A stretch of DNA of 63,126 bases, the filler included, from Octopus bimaculoides (lineage: Eukaryota): the NCBI RefSeq assembly GCF_001194135.2. It is 5 parts of 4 records of this genome, joined end to end, with 100 filler letters (N's around TTAATTAATTAA, not from the genome) between each part and the next. Parts side by side here need not be neighbours in the genome. Positions count along the whole stretch, not along the records: positions 1 to 15,246 come from NC_068981.1; 4 more parts are not named here. One strand, given 5' to 3'. Below, in pieces: positions 1-11,738 of this stretch. Made by a program: the position numbers and the translations under genes. The notes beneath the pieces were generated by a model. The model searched no databases. It was not told the DNA's origin and saw only the letters and a program-made list of their open reading frames with translations. Position 1 is the stretch's first letter; the number at the start of each line of letters is the position of its first letter.

Positions 1-47
<47 letters not shown>

Positions 48-244
48 GAATATTTTATATACATAATTAGATATATATAATCCCCTTTTACAAGAAGAGT
101 CGTGACAGTATCTTCGAAGTTTCGACAGTCATCGAAGTCATTGTCATCATTCCTCTTGTAAAAGTATAATAAATATATTCTCTACTAGAAGTATGAGTAA
201 TCCTTCAGCTTAATATAAAATTGCTCTTGTTATAACGCGACATA

Positions 245-581
245 GGGTAAAGGGTAAATACCCCTTTCGGTCATGAATGACCATGGGATTGCACCTAAAA
301 AGTTCTTCTCTCTCCGAGGCACAAGTCCGGGCGAGGTTGCTTTTTATGGAATACCAGCAGCAGTCGCCCATGCATACCAGCCTCCCCTCTCCATGCCACC
401 GATGATATCCAAGGGAAAAGTAAAGACCGATACAGCTTGGCATCATTTCTACAGCTGAGTGAACTGGAGCAACATGTATAAAGTGTCTTGCTCAAGAACA
501 CTATACATAGCCCGGTCCGGGAATCGAGCTTACTACTTCATGATTGTGAGCTCGACGCTCTAACCACTGAGCCATGCGCCT
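245..581 (-). mobile_element. tRNA-derived CORE-type SINE (octopus OR-like), near full length
   Basis: On the minus strand: head GGCGCATGGCTCAGTGGTTAGAGCGTCGAGC with a B-box-like GCTCGATTCCCGG, then CORE-like TTCTTGAGCAAGACACTT...CTCCAGTTCACTCAGCTGTAGAAATGA, then a tail also seen at 6205-6300. Family name is from memory. Confidence 0.85.
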
Positions 582-639
582 TGGTGGGACATAAAAACAA
601 ATATTAATGCGCGCTTGCACGCGCGCACACACACACACA

Positions 640-684
<45 letters not shown>

Positions 685-956
685 ACACACACACACACAC
701 CATGCATAGTTAAATACTACTAGAAATAGCCAAATTCTTCTAAATCATATTCTGGAATAGAAAGGCAAAATGGTCACCACTGGAATGTTTCTAATCATAA
801 ATTTACTCAGTCAGAGATGACTGGGATAAACAGCAATAACAACAACCAAATCTACATCAACAACAACCACATCAATCACAAAAACAACAACAGCAGAAGC
901 AACAACAAAGAGCTGATAATAATCATTTTGCATTAACGTTAATAATCATTTTACAG

Positions 957-1250
957 ATGTTATCATTTCACTAGGAATGATAAGATTGAAGGCATTACGT
1001 TACATCAGTGCTGTTACAAGTTATTTGCAAATTGATGGGAGGAAGCCGCTGTCCTATGTAAGGAGGAAAATGGTAACATTTTATAATTTCAAACTACATA
1101 TCATGTCAGAGCGACCCACAGTTGTATCTAAGATGTTATCCGGAAGGCTTTATTATAATAGAAAAATTATCAAAAAAGAGTTTGGAAGAATAAAGAAAGA
1201 AATGAATATCAGTCTAAAGATTAATGCATGATATGCATTTATTGCTAGAG
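957..1250 (+). pseudogene. Exon-like block, copy 1 of a paralogous pair; unknown protein C-terminus
   Basis: TTTTACAG acceptor at 956. Phase-1 frame reads DVIISLGMIRLKALRYISAVTSYLQIDGRKPLSYVRRKMVTFYNFKLHIMSERPTVVSKM, then a 1-nt shift gives YPEGFIIIEKLSKKSLEE*. About 70% similar to 2700-2928. Confidence 0.45.
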
Positions 1251-1670
1251 AACTTGATTCAGGATCTTAAAAATCTTGAAATATTTTTATTGCGTACACG
1301 ACAGTGAATCTTCAGAATTTTCATTGAATGAAGAAATCAGCTACAAGCTCTCTCTGGCTTATCCTCAAATGAAAACAATAGAATATGCTTTTGAAAGTTT
1401 TGTCCTTCCTTCTCCTTTCAATTAACGAAGAAGCAGTAAAGACTCACTATGCAATGATATTAGAATGTATCAAAGTTATACACTACTAAAATTCACTTAC
1501 TCAAATATTTTTATCCATCAGAACATTAATAACTACCGAAATATTGTATTAACCCAATGAAATAAATAATTTATACCATCGTGCAGAAATGATCCATCTC
1601 TTTCATATTGTATCAAACAAGATAGCATGTTAATTATTTAGATATTTTTGGAGTTTAATATATTAATATA

Positions 1671-1853
1671 AGGCGGTGAGCAGGCAGAATCATTAGCTTG
1701 TTGGGCAAAATACTCAGCAACATTTCGTCCGTCCTCACGTTCTGAGTTCGACTTTGCCTTTCATCCTTTCGAGGACGATAAGATATGTACCAAGGGGTCG
1801 ATGTAATCGACTTACCCGGTCCCTGAAAATTGCTGGCCTTGTGCCAAAATTTT
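1671..1853 (+). mobile_element. tRNA-derived SINE family 3 (central block resembling the Meta domain)
   Basis: GGCGGTGAGCAGGCAGAATCATTAGC head, GACTTTGCCTTTCATCCTTTCG central block and TTGCTGGCCTTGTGCCAAAAT tail; many homologous copies in the window. Confidence 0.85.
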
Positions 1854-1860
1854 TTCATCA

Positions 1861-1899
<39 letters not shown>

Positions 1900-1994
1900 A
1901 TATATAAACAATATCCAGAAGCTATGCGAGACTTTTTGAAAAGTTCAGCATATAGACTTAAAGATACTTTATCTCTGAATAATCACCAACAGGT

Positions 1995-2330
1995 CCAGCC
2001 CTTGTTGCGGTGTTGTGGTGGCTCGTGAGACTCAATGACCCTGAAAGCTATGCCAGTGGAGTGCAAGCTCCCGGAAGGACATTCCATTTTGGGCACGTTT
2101 AAGGATAGAGTCTAGACTAATATAGACAACCTCTTCCCTATTGTAAAAATGGATTTACGTAGGGCCAACGTCCCGACCTAGAAAAGAGCAAAGTTGCAGA
2201 AGAATCGATGACAACCCTAAACCAACAAGACCTGGAAACTGATGGTTTTATAGGCAGCCCAGGGTAGACAACAATGCAGAAAAGTTACCGATGACCTTTG
2301 TTCCATAAGGAGCGAAAGGCTTGAGTAAAT
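1995..2330 (+). mobile_element. Probable RTE-clade LINE 5' UTR relic
   Basis: CCTTGTTGCGGTG...CTCAATGACCCTGAAAGCTATGCC...GTAGGGCCAACGTCCCGACC resembles RTE 5' ends (from memory); no ORF retained. Confidence 0.45.
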
Positions 2331-2670
2331 TACTCTGAAAATACAATCTTCATAGTATTTAGAAGCTTATTAAGACTCATTTTATCCTTAACAGCGATAT
2401 GACGTGGGGAAAGTACCTCAAAGGCGCATTCTTTATATTGAAATACACACACAGCAGGCTCATACTCATAGAAAACAGTGAAGTGAAACACTTCGATTAA
2501 CTAAGATTATCCATGCAGTTAGCAGAAAAAAATTCTGTCTAGAGATGTTTAAAAAATCTACATGAACAATGAACAAGAGAGATAACTTCAATGAGATCAG
2601 TTACTCGATTTGTTTTTCAAGTAAAGATAATGCAGATGGGAATGAATCTTGTTAAATGTATTTATTTTAG

Positions 2671-2928
2671 ATGAATTCAAGATAATTTACAGCAGAAATC
2701 AAGTTATTTGCAAACTCGTGGTAGGAAACCGATGTCCCGTGTAAAGAAAAAAAAATAGTGACACCATTTAAAGTCAAATTAGATATACCAGAACACTCTA
2801 AAGTTGTGTCAGACATATATTCAGAAGATTTTATCATCATGGAAAAAATGTCAAAAAAATATTTGGAAGAATAAAAAAAAATAACGTTTGTCTAACGATA
2901 AAGATATAATATGCATTTATTGCTAGTA
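2671..2928 (+). pseudogene. Exon-like block, copy 2 of a paralogous pair
   Basis: TTTATTTTAG possible acceptor at 2670. Reads SYLQTRGRKPMSRVKKK...KVKLDIPEHSKVVSDIYSEDFIIMEKMSKKYLEE* with frameshifts; stop codon aligned with copy 1. Confidence 0.45.
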
Positions 2929-3030
2929 TCCTCAAGTAAAGAACTTTTAATTAAGCGAGTGATAGCATATTTGATGCAAGGAATATTAAAACAGAAAATT
3001 ACTATTTTTTAAAATCTCAGCAACAGTACT

Positions 3031-3743
3031 TTGGAATAAAGATTTTTGCCAACATAACATGGCAGTCCTGGTTTAGGACGAATGTTGCTGTATTATAGCC
3101 CCAGGAGACATCGTCTCCAGCTGGCTAAACGACACGATCTGTGTCCTTATATTTTCGAACGATTAAAACTTCGGCAAGTTACAGTGAAGCAATGTTTCTG
3201 TTAAGGATGCCCAATACGGCTTTTAATAATCTTTTTCACTATAAGCATAACAGCCTGAAATTTTGAGGCAGGGGCTGGTCAATTGCGTCGGCCCCGGTGT
3301 TTGACTGTGCTGATGAAGGGAAATAACCCGGAAATCATGATACGCAGATATTGTTTTGAGCTGAGTGGGGGTGTTAAATTCCCTTGTTCGAAAATATAAG
3401 GACACAGATCGTGTCGTATAGTCAGCTGGAGACGATGTGTCCTGGGGATAAATTACAGCAACATTCGTCCTAAACCAGGACTGCCATGTTATGTTGGCAA
3501 AAATCTTTACTCCAATATTAAAACACTTCAATTGGATCAAATCAGTAATAAAAGGAAAATATTAAAAGCCATATCCGAAAAGCTAAAAAAAGAACCAGCG
3601 AGCAACGGGGCCGATGCAATCGACCAGCCCCTGCCTCAAAATTTCAGGTGTTATGCCTATAGTAAAAAAGATTATTAAAATCCATATTGGGCATCCTTAG
3701 CAGAAACATTGCATCACTGTAAATTGCCGAAGTTTTAATCGTT
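3031..3743. repeat. Permuted inverted duplication: X(3031-3160) Y(3158-3296) ... rcX(3386-3515) ... rcY(3606-3743)
   Basis: Direct comparison, e.g. GCCAACATAACATGGCAGTCCTGGTTTAGGACGAATGTTGCTG vs CAGCAACATTCGTCCTAAACCAGGACTGCCATGTTATGTTGGC; arms about 90% identical by eye. Confidence 0.95.
3305..3347 (+). ncRNA. Minimal type I hammerhead ribozyme motif (Penelope-type)
   Basis: CTGTG-CTGATGA-A-GGG-AAATAA-CCC-G-GAAA-T-CATG-A-T-A-CGCAG: stem I CUGUG/CGCAG, intact CUGAUGA and GAAA, stem II GGG/CCC, palindromic stem III AUCAUGAU, cleavage triplet AUA. Confidence 0.7.
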
Positions 3744-4344
3744 ACATAAATATATAGAATTGCATGGTTGTTGGTCGAAGCGTTGAACGTTTAGTAACAA
3801 TATAAGTTGTATACTTGTTGACGCAGATAAAAAGAATATTAAATAATTATTAAATAATATTTAATATCATTTATAATTAAATCATTTTAAAAACATTGCT
3901 TTCATGATAAATAATAGTTATTTAGCCAGTTGAGTTGCCGATCAAAGAAGATAATAAATATTAATTAAGTAATTAATTAATAATGATTACATAGATCTGA
4001 AATAATGCGTATTTCGTAGGAGATGGAAAAATAAATATTCTATTGACTCTTGAGAGGTGAAATACTAGAAAAAATTGCGAGGGCGCAACAAAATATACAT
4101 GCAGATAATGTAAAATGGATAGTTCAGAGCTTAACGAAAACAACAAATGCATTGTTCAAAGGCAAAATGAATAATAGTATCAGATCGCACAAATAAAGAT
4201 CAAGAGGTTAATTCTCATAAAGATTATTGTAAATGTAATCTATGTTATTGGCTAAATCATATATAAATTGTTATATGTTATTAAAAAGTAAAAGCAAAAT
4301 GATTCGACGAAAACTGAAAATTGAAAGAATATGAAAAGTCCAAC

Positions 4345-4458
4345 AATGTAATAAACTGGTAAGCCGCAGATAAGAGGGAAAAATTGAGCGTTTCGGTCAG
4401 TACCCTTCAACGAAGGCGTCTACCCAAAATATTAAAATTTTCTTCTTCCTCTCAGTAA
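4345..4458. repeat. Imperfect palindrome made of two opposed Penelope-like tail/hammerhead halves
   Basis: Centre CCTTCAACGAAGG. Plus strand continues GAAGG-CGTCTA-CCCAAAAT; minus strand reads GAAGG-GTACTGA-CCGAAACGCTC. Outer arms AATAAA...GAGGGAAAAATT and AATTTTCTTCTTCCTCTC...TTTATT. Confidence 0.5.
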
Positions 4459-4714
4459 ACTGATTTATTCCACTTTCGAACTGTTTATACTAAGGAGCGC
4501 CTATTGCAATTATTCCCGATGGGTGGAAGCGAAAATGAAAATGATCGTACTCATTATGTGGTGTGGTGGCACAGGAGAGGTAAGCAAGTGAGTACAGCGA
4601 AGGATTAGGGAAGACAAGGACAGATACTGTAAGGTCGCTTAAGCTTACGTAACATTACCTTACCTTCTTTTATCTTTTACTTATTATAATCAATTCACTG
4701 CAGCGAGAAACCGC

Positions 4715-4886
4715 CTTGAAAAGTCTAGTCAAACAAATCGATTCCAGTACTTATTTTTTAAAGTTTGATACTTATTTTATCCGGTTCTTTTACCGAACCA
4801 CTAAGTTACGGAGATATAAACAAACCAACACTGGATGTCAAGCTGTGGTAGGAGACAAACAAACACGAAAAGACACACACGCGTAC

Positions 4887-4917
<31 letters not shown>

Positions 4918-5138
4918 TATATTTTATGCATAAACGTGTGTGTGTGTATGTGTGTGTGCATGTGTGTATCTGTTTGACAGACTACTTTCAGTTTCCGTCT
5001 ACGAAATTCACTCACCAGACACTGGCCGGCCCAGAGTAATAATAGAAGACACTTGCCCAGGTGTCGCGCAGTGGTACTGAGTCTGAAACCACGTGGTTGC
5101 AAAACGTGCTTCTTAACCACTCGGCCATGCGTGCGCCT
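4715..5138 (-). mobile_element. CORE-type SINE family 2 with internal (TG)n microsatellite
   Basis: Head at 5138 (AGGCGCACGCATGGCCGAGTGGTTAAGAAGC), CORE-like GGGCAAGTGTCTTCTA, a (CA)n block, and a 3' part matching 20470-20710 and 47500-47705. Confidence 0.85.
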
Positions 5139-5689
5139 GTATGGACACGCCCTGATGTTACGTGAACCAGTCTCCCTGATTTATGTCACGTAATTTACCA
5201 TACATTCGATTCAGCCAGACATTTGAGATTTTCCCGACACTTCTCAGTCTTCTCATCCTGAATTTTAAAATGGTCTAACCCAAAACGGTGCAACTGTCCT
5301 GTTTGTTCCTTTCACAGCGAACGTCCATGTTTATATTCAACAATTGTCAAATCAAAATTTTCTTATTTTTCTTGGTTTCCTGTTGGCTTTCTGTTGGTCT
5401 ATTTACAATTTACTCCGCTAGTTTCCTGTTTTCCAAAGCTTACCCATGAAGTATGGGGCCCGTTTAACCCTTACACAGGGTGATGGTTTATGTGACATCA
5501 TGATATCGTCACCATCCTTCTACGTGGTTGAACAACTAATCCCAACTAATCGAGATTCACAGTACGGTTATACTATTCATCCTTTCGATTGCTGAATACA
5601 AAACGTTGCTCGTGAGACCTCCGTTTGGGTGATTGTTCTGAGTCACCATCTCACTGTTGTACGCCAACCCGTTACAAGGCTACCTATTT

Positions 5690-5825
5690 ACTACTAAGTG
5701 AACTGGAGCAACATGAAATGAAGTGTTTTGCTCAAGAACACAATGCACAGCAGGTCTGGGAATTGAAATCATGATCTCGCGATCGTGAGTGCAACACTTC
5801 CTAATCACTTGTCCACGCGTCTTCA
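5690..5825 (-). mobile_element. Partial CORE-SINE family 1
   Basis: GTGAACTGGAGCAACATGAAATGAAGTGTTTTGCTCAAGAACAC, homologous to 460-510. Confidence 0.75.
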
Positions 5826-6204
5826 CTGACATCAAGATATATCTAAGCATTGGTAGGCGTGTCTAGGGGCTGAGCCCTTTCCCAACAAGGGATTGCCATC
5901 GATACAGTGGTCATTTTCTGTTATTTGACCCATAATTGGAGTTCTTGACACGTATCAGCACACCTGGCCAAAACGAGTTAGAGGTAGTAATGAATAAGAA
6001 GTAAATCTATATTCCTCAAAACTCTTGAGCCCCAAGTTGGAGCCTCACCAACAGATGCAGCTTAATGCTTCGTCGAGAATATAAGTAAGGTAAACTGCTG
6101 TTTACTTTATAAAAAGTATATTTTAATTATGGTGTATGCCAGCAAATATAGGACTACAGTTTTAGAATGTGTATGTATGTGTGTTTATGAGTGCATAGGG
6201 TATA

Positions 6205-6598
6205 GAGTAAAGACTCCCCTCGGTCATGAATGACCATGGGATTGCACCAAGAAAGATACCCTCCGAGGCCAAGTCCGGGCAAGGTTGTCTATGGAAGACA
6301 GAAACACATTTTTATGGAACCAGGTACATATTCTATCGATATTTTTCGCCGAACCATTGTATTACGAGGACGTAAACAAACCATCACTAGTTGTCAAGCG
6401 GTAGCGTAGGATAAACACACACACACACACACACGCATGATGGCTTCCATACAGTTTCCGTCTTCCAAATTCACTAACAAGGCATTGCTCAGCCCGAGGC
6501 TGTAATAGAAAGCACTTATCCAAGGTACCACGGGCAGATTGAACCAAAAATCATGCGGTTACAAAGCAGATCTCTTAACCACAAACCCAAGCCTATTT
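6205..6598 (-). mobile_element. Family 1 tail fragment fused to a family 2 SINE
   Basis: CGGTCATGAATGACCATGGGATTGCACC (as at 270-297), followed by the family 2 3' part, (CA)n and head. Confidence 0.75.
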
Positions 6599-7799
6599 AA
6601 TTGCTTTTAAATTTTATATTTTAACTTTTTAGCTTAATTTTTCAGGTTTGCTGGAAATCAAAGCGGAAACACTTGGTAAATTATGATGAATTTCGTTTAT
6701 ACTGTTACGAATATAAATACACCCACCCAAGCTAAATTTAGTGTAAATTTGTTTATTAGTTGCTAAAATATGAGTAATTGCCATAAATATCGCTTTATCA
6801 AGAGGGAAAATATTTTAACTTGTTTTTAATTTATAAGATACGACTAACTTGTGGCATTCCTGGGTCTCTTGAAGAGTTTCAGCCTCGGGTTGATGATTTA
6901 GAACATAAGATATTAACATATATAATGTTGTTTGTTTTAGTTTTTGTTTATAAGTAGGAATAAAGATTTAAAACTTGTCTGTATGTGTGTACAGGAACCC
7001 ACCTCCTTATCTGCTTAAAGAAATAATGATGAAAGCGATAGTGGTGCAGTTGCAGCGATGGTAGTTGCAGAAGCCGAAAGAAATTGGTAAAAGCATGAAA
7101 GGAAAAAATACGTTTTTTCTTATAAACAAATTGCGGAACAAAAACCTATTAGCCGACTTAGCTAGCTCACGTAAATAGTCACTATAGCCTGGATATAAAG
7201 CTAATATTAAGAATTGGTGGGCAACAGGCTCGTCAGAAAACATAAACTAGACTGCAGATAGATATATGCATTTGGTAGAGCTGAGCAGAATTAAGAGAAG
7301 AATATTGTAAAGTGTTTGTGAGTAGATTAAAAGCTTTATAAAAATCAACGGCGGCAAGGTTTGTAGATTAGAGGTAAGCTTCCAACGATGTGATTCGGTG
7401 ACTATTTCGATTCATCATTGTAATAGCCATTACCCTGCTCCTTGGGAAAGATAACTGGTTTAATCACCTATTAAAAACAATAGACAGAAACTTGGAATTG
7501 CAAATAGTCAAACAGATGAAATTAGGGAGAAAAAGAAATGAAAACTGGAGTTCAAGGAAATTTGTCTTAATCTTTATCACCAAAATCGATTCGATAAAAT
7601 TATCGTAAAAACATCGTGCGTAATACTATGCTACCATGAGCAGAATGCATCTCGAATCGGCGCCATAAATTGTCTTAAATAAATTACTCTATCATGCGTA
7701 ATACGCAATGTTGTCCAACTGTTACAAAGGTAGATGATTTACTACAATCCAATATAATAATCTTTTTAGTATTTCATTTTATATAAAATAAATTTATAT

Positions 7800-8025
7800 A
7801 GGCGTAGACATATTTGTGTGGCTAAGAAGCTCGCTTTGCAACCACAACTTGGTTCGGGTTCAGTCCTACTGCGTGGCACCTTGGTCAAGTGGTTCGACAA
7901 AAAGACCGATAGAATATGTACTGAACTTTAAAAAATAAGTAGTGGGATCAATTTTTACGACTAAAGTATTCAAGGTGGTTCCACAGCATAGCAGTAGTCC
8001 AATGACTAAATCAAGTTAAAAGATC
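7800..8025 (+). mobile_element. Internally deleted family 2 SINE
   Basis: Head GGCGTAGACATATTTGTGTGGCTAAGAAGC...GCGTGGCACCTTGGTCAAGT joined directly to tail GGTTCGACAAAAAGACCGATAGAA. Confidence 0.75.
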
Positions 8026-8696
8026 TAATACAAATTTTTTTAAAAAATGAAGCCTTTCTACTGGATTAAAACTTGTCACCCTTGGATTACACATACATCT
8101 ATTCCTAATACTGGTTTTGTGATAATATATTTTTACGCATTATACATAGAAATTTACGATAAATTAGTGTGCCATATGAGAAGGGGTTTGTTACTTAATT
8201 TGCTTTCTTCTTTGATATAAGGAGCTTGTCTGAAACGTTACAATCCTTTTCACATAGCACACAAATGATTTCCATTTTGTGAACTTAATTTAATATGATG
8301 TTTGGCACTACTTCACTTGGGTGTGAAATAAAAAGAAAATTATCATCTTACTGGGACGAAAGGTTTTCACAATGTCTATAAACTTCTCTAAAGCACGTGT
8401 CAGTGAGGGAACCTCTAGGTAGTTGGTCACAAAGCTTGCTTGATGTAACAGCTAAATCTTCTTCAGTTTACATCGTATTGTTTCATATAAACAGGTAACA
8501 TAAGATAACGTCAGTTCTGAATACCATAAAAGAATAGAATGGTTATGACTAGAATGCTTTAGATAATTCTTCTGTTCACTGAAGATTCATCTGGGCCAGA
8601 CAGCCATAACTTCTGTAAAGAATGTGAGAGGAGATAAGATTCCTTAGCAGTCATTTACCTGTGACCAAGAAAAAATTCAGAAGTACAGGAGAAACA

Positions 8697-8890
8697 TTGA
8701 TTTCAAATTTTGGCACAAAGCCACCAAGTTCGGAGTAGGAGTAAGTCGATTACATCGATCCCAGTGCTCAACAGGTACTTATTTTATATACTCCAAAAGA
8801 ATGTAAGGCAAAGTTGACCTCAACGGAATTTGAACTCAGAACGTAAAAACAGACGAAATGCCAGTAAGCATTTCGCCCGGTGTGCTAACG
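8697..8890 (-). mobile_element. SINE family 3
   Basis: Reverse complement of the 1671-type element (TTTGGCACAA...GTCGATTACATCGA...GGCAAAGTTGACC...GCTAACG). Confidence 0.85.
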
Positions 8891-8974
8891 AAGAAAGGAA
8901 GAAATATTACAATAAATCAATAAATAAAATAAATAATAATCATAATAGTAATAATAATGATTATGATTTTTTTT

Positions 8975-10165
8975 ATTTGCCATAGGGGCATTAAATGAGG
9001 GGGACATTACAAGTACAGTTTACAATTAGAGTGGGGATTTACATAAAAGATGAGGGGAAGAAAAGGAGGAGAGGGAGGGATAAAAAGTATACATAGTAAA
9101 GAAAATATGTGGACGCATTTATGATGCAGTCCTCCTGATGCAAGAGAACTTTCAGCCAAGGCTAATCAAGGAACACTATAGATGCAGGATCACCTTTGCC
9201 TAATTGTTGTTCTTCAATACATAAGGAACATGCTTAGAATAAGTTCATATATCATATTTTTGGCTGCAGTCATCCACCTTTTCATTAATTCGTTAGGGGA
9301 AGCACTTCCCTCCCCACCCTCACTTTCCTTTCCAAGTGGAGCTTAAAAAGTGTCGATGAGGGATTGATCGAAGAGGATAGTGTCTGTCGTCGATCATTTT
9401 AGTAATACCCACCGCACAACCTTTTCGTTATTGTCACCAGACAGAGAAAACACTGCCTGCCGAGCACTATTAATGGTGGACATATGGAGGCGATCTTAAC
9501 GATGGACTCGTCAATAGTTTTATCCGTCCTCCATGCAATAAGGGCTGTTGGACAGAATTCTACAAGCTATCGATTCTGGACACTGCACGAACGCGGGCAG
9601 AACGGTTTCGATGCTCCCGTCTGACAGTACTTTCATACCTGTAGAGTTGGTCACTTTGTAACTGTGACCGTAGCGATCTTAGATATTACTGCCAGGCTAA
9701 AAATTTCTGGAAGTTACTCATAATTTTCCCCAGACCAAGAGTCCTTTGGAACAAATCCGCCAGCTAATCTTCGTAGATATCTAGAATTTCACTGATGATG
9801 CCATCGCTCTTACTTATCAGTAGTCCACTGCATATTGGTTGCGTGGAACTTCCACTGATCATAGATTAGTAGAGGGCAGTGTGTGCCCGACAGCTTTCCA
9901 GATGCTAGACAATCAATCTTGGTTTCTTTGTTGACCCAAGAGTGCAATACCACTAGAGAGACGAGCTCTGGAAATAGGTGCCTTAGAAGAGAAGACCACA
10001 CCTGAACACCGACTAAGAATCCCTGCAGATGGCGCGGCCTCGGTGTGTGTTTGTGCATCAGCAGCCACTGCGTGTCGAGCCCACCGTGCAGAGCACGCTG
10101 ACAGCAGATGGATAACTTGACTAGTGGAACATGCTCCGTCTATGTTCCATTTGCCAGCAAAGAGC
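8975..10165 (-). mobile_element. Tx1/L1-clade LINE ORF2 3' fragment (degenerate)
   Basis: Minus-strand pieces HVPLVKLSICCQRALHGGL, PRHLQGFLVGVQVWSSLLRHLFPELVSL, ETVLPAFVQCP-type zinc-knuckle remnant and HLERKVRVGREVL; followed by an AT-rich tail. Confidence 0.7.
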
Positions 10166-10636
10166 AGAAGTTAACAATTCTGCCAGCTCGCCGCCTTAAA
10201 AATAATGATAATTCTTTCTGCTATAGACACAAGACCTGAAATTTAGTCGAGTGGGTAGTCCCTGAAAAGATAAAAAGCAAAGTCGACCAAGGCAGAATTT
10301 GAACTCAGAATCTAAAGATGGACGAAATGCTGCTAAGTACTTTATCCGGCGTGCCAATGAATCTGCCACTGCGCTGCCCTAAATAATTATAATAATAATC
10401 CTTTCTACTAAAGGCACAAGGCCTGAAATTTTGGAGTAGTAAATAAATCGATTACATCGACCCCAGCACTCGACTGGTACTTATTTTAGCGACTTCCGAA
10501 AGGATGAAAGGCAAAGTCGACAGGATCGGCAGAATTTGACCTGAAAAAAAAAAAGTAAGAAAAGCATAAAGACGGACGAAATACCGCTAAGCAATTTGTT
10601 CGGCGTGCTAACGATTCTGCGTGCTAACGCCGCCAA
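10165..10636 (-). mobile_element. Head-to-tail array of family 3 SINEs (head fragment plus two copies)
   Basis: Copies at about 10165-10200, 10210-10378 and 10398-10636, separated by (AAT)-like spacers. Confidence 0.85.
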
Positions 10637-11030
10637 AAAAAAAATGCTTTCTAATTGGTGTATCAATATCAGCAGATGACAACGTTTCCCTAAAAGAAAT
10701 AGAAAAACTTTCAAAATACAAAGACCTGGAAATAGAGGTACCTCGAATGTGGAATCTAAAAACAGAAACAATTCCTATCATAGTAGGTGCCTTAAATATA
10801 ATAAAACAATATTCAAACAAATACATAACAAAAACACCAGGACATACAAATATATATAACATACAGAAAATTGCACTACTGGGCACAGCACACATTTAAC
10901 GCAAAACACTTTCAATACAGTAACCATAAGAGCATCACAGCAAACCACAGCACATACCCAAGGCACACAGAGCTGCGCTCGGTAGTGAAGTGAAAGTACG
11001 TTTTAAAAATAAAACTACTGAACAATAATA
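10637..11030 (+). mobile_element. Dong/R4-clade (RLE) LINE 3' end, restriction-like endonuclease C-terminus
   Basis: KKCFLIGVSISADDNVSLKEIEKLSKYKDLEIEVPRMWNLKTETIPIIVGAL...QKIALLGTAHI, a typical RLE-LINE C-terminus; 3' UTR runs into (AAT)n. Confidence 0.85.
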
Positions 11031-11053
11031 ATAGTAATAATANNNNNNNNNNA

Positions 11054-11123
<70 letters not shown>

Positions 11124-11150
11124 GAAGAAGAAGAAGAAGAAGAAGAAGAA
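11025..11150 (+). repeat. (AAT)n then (AAG)n microsatellite
   Basis: Directly visible. Confidence 0.95.
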
Positions 11151-11696
11151 ACAACAGTACATTCTGTAAGCAACAGAGTATTTTAAAGTGTGTTTATTTG
11201 AATGAGTACGCATAATAAATCTAAGGAGAATCGAAAATGTAACGATTTAACTGCTGCTCTTATAATATTAGCTTGGATTTTTAATCTAAAGCAATCTGCA
11301 GAACAAGACTTAGAATGCTTACAAGAGATTATATCATGAGATGCATGAATATTAAATAAATTAACTAGAATAAATAAACGGAATCATAAGCGTATCTAGT
11401 TAGTGGCGCCGTGAAAGTAGGGCCGTATGAGGTCCCTTTCAGCAGATTGGTATGAGGATCGAATATAATGGTTTCCTTATTAATTAACAATAACTCATCG
11501 AGATTTGCTTACATTTTCTTCACGAGATACCGAACGATTATGAATGAAAGCTTTTTTAAAAATGTTTAGAAATATGTGTAGCTAGATAAACATCTTTTAC
11601 GTAATGGTATAAGATTGTGAGCCAGACTAATTACTAGAGAGACAGTTATAGCATCTGTAGTGAACACACACACGCACGCACGCACACACACACACA

Positions 11697-11738
<42 letters not shown>

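Noticed and set aside
10165-11125. Idea that the Dong endonuclease drives the family 3 SINE stacks
   Set aside because: Dong ends in sense (AAT)n while the SINEs end in sense (ATT)n, the opposite polarity.
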